Positions 54,853-64,000 of a stretch of 64,000 nt of DNA are shown piece after piece (the stretch's first letter is position 1; the number at the start of each line of letters is the position of its first letter). Below the pieces are notes generated by a model, which was not told the DNA's origin, made no database searches, and saw only the letters and a program-made list of their open reading frames with translations. The position numbers and the translations under genes were made by a program. The DNA is from the human T2T-CHM13v2.0 reference genome, Homo sapiens. Where the stretch lies: assembly GCF_009914755.1 (NCBI RefSeq), contig NC_060947.1; one strand, written 5' to 3'.

Positions 54853-55979
54853 CTAATAATGTTACAACTACGCTATTGAATGGGAGCTGAAAGATCTCGT
54901 CACAATAGAAGAGAAGATATCAGATACTATATTTATCAGATCTCCCTCCCCCTACCATTCTTGAGGGAGGAAGCAGTTACTTTTATTGAGTGCTTACTCT
55001 GTGCAACACAAGGTGATAAGCGCTTTGCATATAATTTGTTAGTTTTTCAGTATATGCTGCTCTAGGAGATAAACAGTCTTATTTCCCACCTTTTACAGAT
55101 AAGTAGAGTGAGTCAGAGAGGTGAAATGACTTCTCCAGTGGCCAAGAATTAGCTATTGTAACGGTCTTAAAATTTTGCCTTGTATTCCAAAACCTAGGCT
55201 TTTCCCCCTGTACCATGCTACCTCTAGATAGGAATTTCATTCTGTCTGCAGAAAGCTAAGCAGAAAAGTCATGTCTTAAGTGTATTCCCCTAACAAGCCA
55301 TCCTTTCAAGACTGAAAATTCATTGAAGGAGAAAAGCAATATCACCACTAGCATATTTGAAAAGGTACTCCTTATTACAGCAAAATATTTAATATAGTTT
55401 ATGATTAGTTATTTCTTCCTCTAATGTCTTACTTTGAATAGAAATGGTCACTAATGATGAGTATCTTTCTTGTGACATTGTAGACCTTAAGTGATTTTCA
55501 GTAAATCCAAATTTTGAGAGACTACCTTCTCTTCTGTCTACTAATGTTGGCAAAGTTAAATATACACAGAAAGTGACAAGCGTTTGGAAATACATCTGAT
55601 GAGTCATTGCTGCAAATATGTTGTGATATATCTGTGGAACTAATACTGGGTTTATGAAACAATTAAAAGTTTTCATTTACTCATACATCAATATTCAATC
55701 AACATCTCATTCTTATTGTATTTATCTATTTTAATTGCACATTTTTACAAAATTGCAGAAATTCAGACCTCAAAGCTCTTCAAACTACGTATGTCATCTA
55801 GAACACTGAAAAGGCAACAACATTTTTGCAGTACCATAAATTATTTATTTAAAGGTATTATTCTTATATGCAACATAGAAAAATAGATTTTGATATTCAG
55901 TTTTGAAACATAGATGAACCCATTGTGAGATTTACAATCAAATTGACTTTTTTCATTTTATGGAATTATCTTCATTGGG

Positions 55980-56268
55980 GGCCAGGCATGGTGACCACGC
56001 CTGTAAGGGCTGAGGCAGGTGGATTGCTTAAGCTCACGAGTTCGAGGCCAGTGTGGGCAACATGGCAAAACCCTGTCTCTTCAAAAAATACAAAAATTAG
56101 CTGGGTGTGGTGTGGTGTGCACCTATAATCCCAGCTACTTGGGAGGCTGAGGTGGGAGAGCAGCTTGAGCTTGTGAGACAGAGGCTGCAGTGAGCCCAGA
56201 TCATGCTACTGCACTCCAGCCTGGCTGATAGAGCCAGACTTTGTCTTAAAAATAAATAAATAAATAAA
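55980..56268 (+). mobile_element. AluJ SINE inside the hAT fossil
   Basis: Dimeric Alu with left-arm deletion (CCTGTAAGGGCTGAGG) and (TAAA)n tail. Confidence 0.9.
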
Positions 56269-56912
56269 ACACAATACAATAAAATAATTTTCTACAATGG
56301 AAAAGTTGATGTTGATGTCAAAAGACTGCAATTTTTAGCATCTATAATGTATTGTCATAAACATCATAAACTATGTTTTCAAATGTTTTGTTTTAAATAT
56401 TTTGCTGCATTCAAGAGAATTATATAGATTTTTGGTTTCTGCATAGGTGTCCTTATAATATTGATTTTATTTGAAACACTATAACAAATTAGTATTAAAT
56501 AAATAATTTTAAAACTAGACGTTTTCAAAAGTATACTTTTGGCTGAAATCCAAAAATGTTTGTCACTATTAATAGAATCAATAGTGTCTAAAAAAGCACA
56601 GCATAAGTCTCTAATTGAAGGTTTAGTGGTATGATGGCATCAACTCAAGTTTCCCATTAAGTATTTGACAATGGCTTCAAATTTATGTGGGGTAAAAGTT
56701 CTTCAAAACGCCTCCACAGTCACTGAAACTAAGAACTGGCTGTCTTGTTTTGGAATTATAGTTTTAAAATCAGTAGTGTCAAGAGATATTTACTATTTTA
56801 TTCACTTTAAGGAGAAAGTGCATAGGGAATATAGAATGCTTTAGAATCTAGACTTTTTTTTTGCAATATAATCTGTTACAACTCATTGTTTTCTGTACAT
56901 AATTTAAAAATT

Positions 56913-57206
<294 letters not shown>

Positions 57207-57229
57207 CTAACCCCTCAGATAGTGTTTAT

Positions 57230-58455
57230 ACAACAGTACATGAGTTTCTTTTTCTCCACATCCTCATCAACACTGGCTATCTTTTGACTTCTTAATAATG
57301 GCCATCTTAACAGAAAACTTCTTTGCTCTAATAAATGAATTTAATGAAGTTGCAGGATACAAAATTGATAAAAATCAATTCATTTATATACTCTAACAAT
57401 GAACTATTTGAAAAAGATATTTAAAAAACAATCCATTTTACAATAGCAACAAAAAGATTAAAACACTTTGGAATAAATGTAACCTAGGAAGTAAAAGACT
57501 TATACACTGAAAACACTAAAATATTGTTGAAAAGATGAATAAGACACAAATAAATGAAAAGACATTCCATATTCATGGATCAGATAATCTAATTTTGTCA
57601 AAATGTCCATACTACCCAAGGTAATCTGTGGATTCAATGCAATCTTTGTCAAAACCCCAACGGTATTTTTCCACAGAATTAGAAAAAACAATTCTCAAAT
57701 TCATATGAAACCATAAAAAAACCCCAAATAGCTAACGTAATATTGAACAAGAAGAGCAAAGCTGGGGGCATCATACTTTCTGACTTTAAGTTATATTACA
57801 AAGCTATAGCAATCAAAACAGCATGGTACTGGCATAAAAATAGACACAGACTAATGGAATTGAAAAGAAAGCTCTTAAATAAACTCATGCATATACAGTC
57901 AACTAATCCTTAACAGAGGTAGCCAAGAAGACCCAATGGGGAAAGGATGGTCTCTTCAATAAATAGTGTTGAAAAAATTGGATATCTACATGCAAAAAAT
58001 AAAATGGATTCCTGTCTACTACCAATACGAAAATCAAATCAAAATGGATTAAAGATTTAAATATTAGACCCAAAACTGTAACACTCCTAGAATGGAAAAA
58101 CTCATGACATTAGTGTTGACAATGTTATTTTTTGGGTAGGACACAAAAACACAGGCAACAGAAACAAAAATAAATGAGACTACATCAAATTAAAACTTTT
58201 CTGCACAGCAAAAGAAGCAGCCAACAAAATGAAAAGGCAGCCCACAGGGGTGATTGCAGGGAGTGTTAAGCAAAAAAGGGAGTGACTGCTAATGGGTACA
58301 GAGTTTCTTTTCTGGGGTGATAAAAATGTTCTAAAATTGATTGTGGTGAAGGACACATAACTGTAAATATACTAAACACAATGTATTGTATAATTTAAAT
58401 GGATACATTGTATTGCATGTGAATTATATTTCAATACAGCTGTCAATAAAAAAGT
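57230..58455 (+). mobile_element. Composite L1M: short minus piece (about 57230-57313), plus ORF2 (57314-58248), L1MB-like 3'UTR (58250-58455)
   Basis: CTCCACATCCTCATCAACAC (antisense), then AAGTTGCAGGATACAAAAT...CAGCATGGTACTGGCATAAAAA; GGGAGTGACTGCTAATGGGTACAGAGTTTC. Confidence 0.85.
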
Positions 58456-58541
58456 TAAAACATTTACATTATATGCCTTCCAAAGTACCCTGATTTTTTT
58501 CCTACAAATTGTCTCTCTTCTACAGCTGAATTCAATTTTGA

Positions 58542-58893
<352 letters not shown>

Positions 58894-59296
58894 AGATTTT
58901 ACTTTGTTCACATTTCCTAAAAAATACTTGCACCCAGTTGTTTTTAATTGATTGTTTCAACCCACAAGGAGTTTGAAATATAGACAATATTAAATCTTTC
59001 AAAGCAGAATAAGTTAACCAGTATTTAGTAATTTTCTCCCCTCTACCATTTGGGAGAATTCATGTAAATATGCTTCTGGAAACTTCCTACCCTATTCAAA
59101 CTTAAATTTTCTACCTGAACTAGATAATTTTCTACAAGAGTGTATTATCATTGAAAAAAAAACTATGTAGTCATGTTCTTGAATTACAAATATTAAATTT
59201 TTGTTTAATGTATTCTTTTGGTTTATCTTATCTGCTTTTTCTTGAAATTCATCAGGTATGCTTTACATGTATTTGGAACATATCTTATATCCTGCT

Positions 59297-60137
59297 TGTA
59301 GTGAAATAATTTTATGTTGCCTTGGCATCCATTCTGAATATAGGTTTAATTTTCTTATACCAGAAGCAGGGATTAGTCACCTTTGACACAGTTTCCAGTT
59401 TTTCATCTCCCAGTTGCTCAGTGTGGTCCACCCACATATCTGCTTTGTACAGCCACCTCCTGGTAACGATCTCCCTGTAGGACATAAAGATACAGCACGT
59501 TTGACTCACCCCACTTATTCTACCCTCAACAGGGACTGTGCAGATAGGCTGCAGTGACCATTATGTTACAGTGCAACCCCAGGGAACTCATGCCTGCTTT
59601 CTCTAACTCCACCAGTTGGAATGGAAATCTGATTTGGTAGTATCCTGGGCCCCAATCAATGCCTTACTGTGTAGGTCTTCTCTATTTGTCACTCCCCTCT
59701 CACTGGTTTGACAACCTGCCTGTGGGTGCCCCTCTTCTCTCTGGGATCTACGAATAATGAACTGCTTTTGTTTCTTCATGTGTTTTTGTTGTATTGTCTT
59801 CCCTGTGCCTCACCTAACTGATACACATAGACCTAACTTTCCTCCCAGTCAAAGCTCTCCTAAAGAGTGGCTACCTTGGCAGGAATAAACTGAACAGAAG
59901 TCACACAAGAGCCTCAAGGGCAGTTGCCAGTGTAAACAAGTTTCCTATGAAAGGGACATCTGGCATGGGTCAGATTCCTAGGCATTAGGCTATCCGCAAG
60001 GATAAAGAAGTGTCTTGTGAAAGGCACAGTGTAAATAGCCACATACAATGCCCTGGAACCTAATCAGGGCAGGGCTAGAGTTTACACTCCCTCTGCAGAG
60101 AAAAAATCTCAAGATCACATTAAACAGAAATACAACA
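59297..60137 (+). mobile_element. MER54-like ERVL solo LTR
   Basis: TGTAGTGAAATAATTTTATGTTGCCTTGGCATCCATT ... AAATACAACA; TG...CA ends; TSD CTGCT/CTGAT. Confidence 0.75.
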
Positions 60138-61189
60138 CTGATCAATCAGATACATATTCTGCTGGAAATTGTAGCTCTAAATCCATTTCCTATTCATTTT
60201 CCTCATAATTTATCTGTTTTCTCTAGCATGTTATTCTATGATCCAAATAACTTTCTCTTATCAATGATTTTTGATGTCTGCTTATTGATCATAATATAAA
60301 CATTTTAAAAATTTTTTCTAACTTCTGGGGAAAAGAATATAAATAATAGATCAAGATTTTTACTTAAAATTCATGGTATTTAAAAGCAATGTATATGAAA
60401 TGTACTAAATTTTAACAATAAATTTTAGTGTTAATTTAAATAACATACAATGTCTATAATATAGTGAATTATTTAAAAAATCTCTAATTTATATCTATGT
60501 AGCACAGTTTATTAACTGTAATGCATGTTATTTATTAAATAGTATTTCATGTTATAATAGAGGTACTTTTTAATTCAAGTTGTAGGCACAGCAATATCAT
60601 TTTACTAGGGTGACCATCTGGCCAATTATATAAATGGGATTATAAGTCAAGTTCTGATTTAATATGAGTGAAGCCCAGGAATCTGTATTTTAACACATTT
60701 TGCAGACCATCCTGATATGTAGCCAAGGTTGAGAACCATTCAACAACTCCACTGGGTTGGTGGTACTAAACTGTCCTGACTGTTCTGGACCTGTGGGACT
60801 TTTCAAATAAAAATTAGAGTCTGGGGTAGGCTATGAAGCTCTCAGTTTCCTGGACATGCACACTAGGCATTTTATTTTAGTCCCCAAAAATTACCTTTAT
60901 AATTCGATGGCATCCTATACTTCTATATTCTAGATTATGACATGACTTGGTTTAGAAAGGTTAATAGTGGACCAGGAAAGGACTGAGCTATAAAACCAGG
61001 AGATCCAGTTGTAGGTAGTAGAAACTGGAGAGGAGGGTTTAGTAGCGTTATAGTTGAACTATCTACAATGATCATGGTATTAGGTCTTCACAGTAGAAAA
61101 TGTACTGGACTTGCAATTAGAAGTCCTGAGTTTAAATCAAAATTTTTATACTGGCGTGCTATGAAACCATGCATATAATAGTATGCTTA

Positions 61190-61880
61190 TAATAAAAAGA
61201 AAGGATCTAGAACCAGCTGCCTAAAGTTCAAATGTTGGCTCTATAAATTGCTCTTTCTCCAAGTTACATGACTGCTATATGCCTCTATCACTTCATTTGT
61301 AAAATGGGAATGATATTAATAGTATCCAGCTCATAAAATTGTTATGAGGATTAGATGGGATGACATGCACAAAACATATAGACCAGTGCTTAGCACATTC
61401 TTAACAATTAATATTAGCTGTAGTTATTATTGTTCTCATTCATTTATAACTGGAATAACATCTATTCCTAGGTTGTTGTCAGGATTAAATGATTTGTTGT
61501 TTATACGTTCATTGGTCAATATCCATTATGTACCTACTACATGATGGGCATCATTCAAGATACAGTGTATAATATCAAGATGATGTGGACATGCCCTCCA
61601 GAAGCTAATAGAGGAGAAAAAACAAACACATAGTATAAACTGGTAGAATGCATGGTAGAAAGGGACCATGTGATAAAACAGGTGCAGATGAAACACTTCA
61701 GAAGTTCAGGGAAAGAAATGGTTACTTCCCAACGGAGCTATCAATAGTGGCTTGATGGATGGGCTAACATCAGCTTCAGGGCCTAAAGGGCTGCTAGGAT
61801 TTGGAAATAAAAAATATAGAGGGAAAGCCAAAGCTGTTCCTGGCGGTCAGACAATGTGAGAAAAGTATGAAGGTAGGTAA
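61190..61880. mobile_element. MIR (plus, about 61190-61430) followed by L2 3' end (minus, about 61495-61880)
   Basis: CTTCATTTGTAAAATGGGAATGATA...GTTATGAGGATTAGATG; CCTACTACATGATGGGCATCATTCAAGATACAGTG. Confidence 0.65.
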
Positions 61881-62809
61881 CAGACTGTGTACATAAAAAT
61901 CATCATGTAAACTATAAAGTGCTCGTCATCACATTGTAAGGCTTTAAACTCGTGGATCCCACAGGAAAAAAAAAAATCATGGCCATGACTGCTTTCCAAG
62001 ACAAATAGGAAACCAGAATATTGCATACTGGTTTCTGTAAGAGAGCTCAGATTTGTGGTTCATGAAGCACACTCAAATAGTAACAGTAGGTTATCAACCC
62101 AGACCTAACCTAGTTTGCCTTTGTTAACTGGGCCAATTCCCACAGTAGAGAGCAGGAGTAGAATTTGCTGACCTACGTGCTACCCATGGCCCACTCAGGC
62201 ACATTAAAGGATGGGCATCCATTTTCAGTATTCCTAGCTGAGCTGCAGTTTACATTAGAGAGGAGAGAAAACTGCAGCCACTGTATTTCTTGGCAAGTTG
62301 CTTGAATAAAAATAGAGATCTGCTGACTAAGTATTCACTATATCTGCAGACATTTCCCAGCTGGGGAAATAAACTTTTTTCCCTAATTTTTCCCTTTTTG
62401 AATGTTTACTTAAATTAGAACCTCAACCTTCCACCTTCCAAAGAAAAGATAAAATTGGGGGGAGGGGGAATTGGTGTTTTTAAAATACATTCATACTTAA
62501 ATTTTAAAAATTCTGTATTTGTTCCAACTGTTCTTGACTGTTAATCCCAAAATATCTGCTTTCATTTTCAAGATAAAACAAGGGCTACATTTATTAGTCC
62601 TTGAATCTACACATCAAAACATTTTTTTAATTATGAAAAGAGAATCTGAGCTCATATCATTACTTAATAAATATATTCTGGAACCATTGAAGATTTAGAA
62701 CTATCTAGAAAGATTTTTGAGAGAAGGTATATTTTATTCATTCCACTAACACTTAACCACTTACTCCTTTCAGACTTTATTCTAAAAACTCTGCATATAT
62801 TAAATTCCT

Positions 62810-62990
62810 TAATTCTCAAAGCAGTCATGTGAGATTGGCCTTATTACTATCCTCATTTTGCAGCTGAGAAAATTGTGGCATAGAGAGACTACATAACATG
62901 TCCAAGGTCACACAGCCAGTGAAGCTGCGTTAAGATTCACACCAGGCAGTCTAGGTCCAGGAGCCACACTCTTAACCACCTTACTATGCA
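62810..62990 (-). mobile_element. MIR SINE
   Basis: ATCCTCATTTTGCAGCTGAGAAAATTGTGGCATAGAGAG...TGTCCAAGGTCACACAGCCAGT. Confidence 0.8.
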
Positions 62991-63564
62991 ACTCCTCTGT
63001 AAAAATGATGGTGTTAAGAACTGACGTACATTTACTTTAGAAAAAAAGAAACATCAATTCCAAATGGAGCCATAATCTCAGATTTTCTACTTTTATTCTT
63101 CTGTCTTAATTCATGATAAAAGTACTGACCTTTCTGCTTAGTGATAATATCATGCCCCAGAGGAGAGATATAAAATGCTCTTGCCTCCAAGTGACAGTAC
63201 TATTAACGCACTCTAGGATAACAACAGCCCCCAAACTAACAATAATATTGCAGATAAGGCATGTGTTTGTTGCACACATTCAATGAGATAACACAAGTGG
63301 ACTTTCTTGTCAAACAGAAGGCAATTCATTCACATTAGCTGAATTAAAAGAGATTACAATACACGGTTTTCATAGTCCTTTTCATCTAAACAATTCCTTC
63401 TTTGCCAAGAAAAAAAACAAACAACCAACACACAAATAAAACTTTCATTTACCCAAACATGTATACTTGGATGCAGTGTGCTTAATTTCCTTATTATAAG
63501 AATGAGAGATACTGGGCATACCAAGCTCATAAAATTATAGACTTCAGTGATAATTTTCATGATT

Positions 63565-63815
63565 GTAGCATAGAGAGCAAGTATAATCTAGTACTTAAGA
63601 ACATGGACTCCAGAACTCAATGGCATAAGTTCAAATCCAATTGGTGCATACTAACTATGCAGTCTAGCACAAGTTACCCAACTCTGTGCTAGTTTCCTTG
63701 TCTGTAAAATGCAGCTGATAAAAGCACCTACTTCATTAGTTTGTCCTGAGAATTAAGTGCACTAATCCATGTAGAACACTGAGAACATTGCCAGATACAT
63801 AGTAACTGCTATATA
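63565..63815 (+). mobile_element. MIR SINE
   Basis: TTAAGAACATGGACTCCAGAA...AGTTTCCTTGTCTGTAAAATG. Confidence 0.8.
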
Positions 63816-64000
63816 TACATCACGACAGCTACATGAAGGTTTTCTATTACTATAAATAAATGTGAAAAAGAGTAAGTCTATAAATCATCAAAGCACTTAT
63901 AGTCTATTGAAAGAAGAAAAATTGGTTATGTGCTGGTACCTCCCAAGCATGATGGCTAAGTACTGAGACTTCAAAAAATGGAATAAAATTTCTAGCATTT

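Noticed and set aside
60606-60640. TAGGGTGACCA as the terminal repeat of the hAT fossil
   Set aside because: Points away from the element and resembles Blackjack/MER81/MER94-type ends, so it is probably a separate MITE fragment

Overview
AT-rich, repeat-dense primate (most likely human or great ape) genomic DNA, intergenic or deep-intronic. There is no CpG island, no RNA gene and no intact protein-coding gene that I can recognise. The supplied ORFs are Alu, L1, MaLR, Tigger or hAT remnants or chance ORFs. The window holds about 14 Alus, a 2.9-kb 5'-truncated L1PA with a perfect 16-bp TSD, many MaLR/ERVL/ERV1/ERVK LTRs, a nearly full Tigger1, MER45A, MER53, and MIR/L2/L3 fragments. Most notable: (1) a non-repeat block at about 1.7-4.5 kb with six minus-strand exon-like segments, short introns and an in-frame 21-bp repeat, a candidate decayed multi-exon gene (unitary pseudogene) or spliced lncRNA, with possible upstream exons at 13.4-14.7 kb; (2) a fragmented autonomous hAT (Tip100/Zaphod-like) transposase fossil at about 55.4-60.3 kb; (3) several 5'-inverted (twin-primed) and ultra-short L1 insertions. 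Repeat subfamily names are by-eye matches to remembered consensus sequences and need RepeatMasker/Dfam confirmation.
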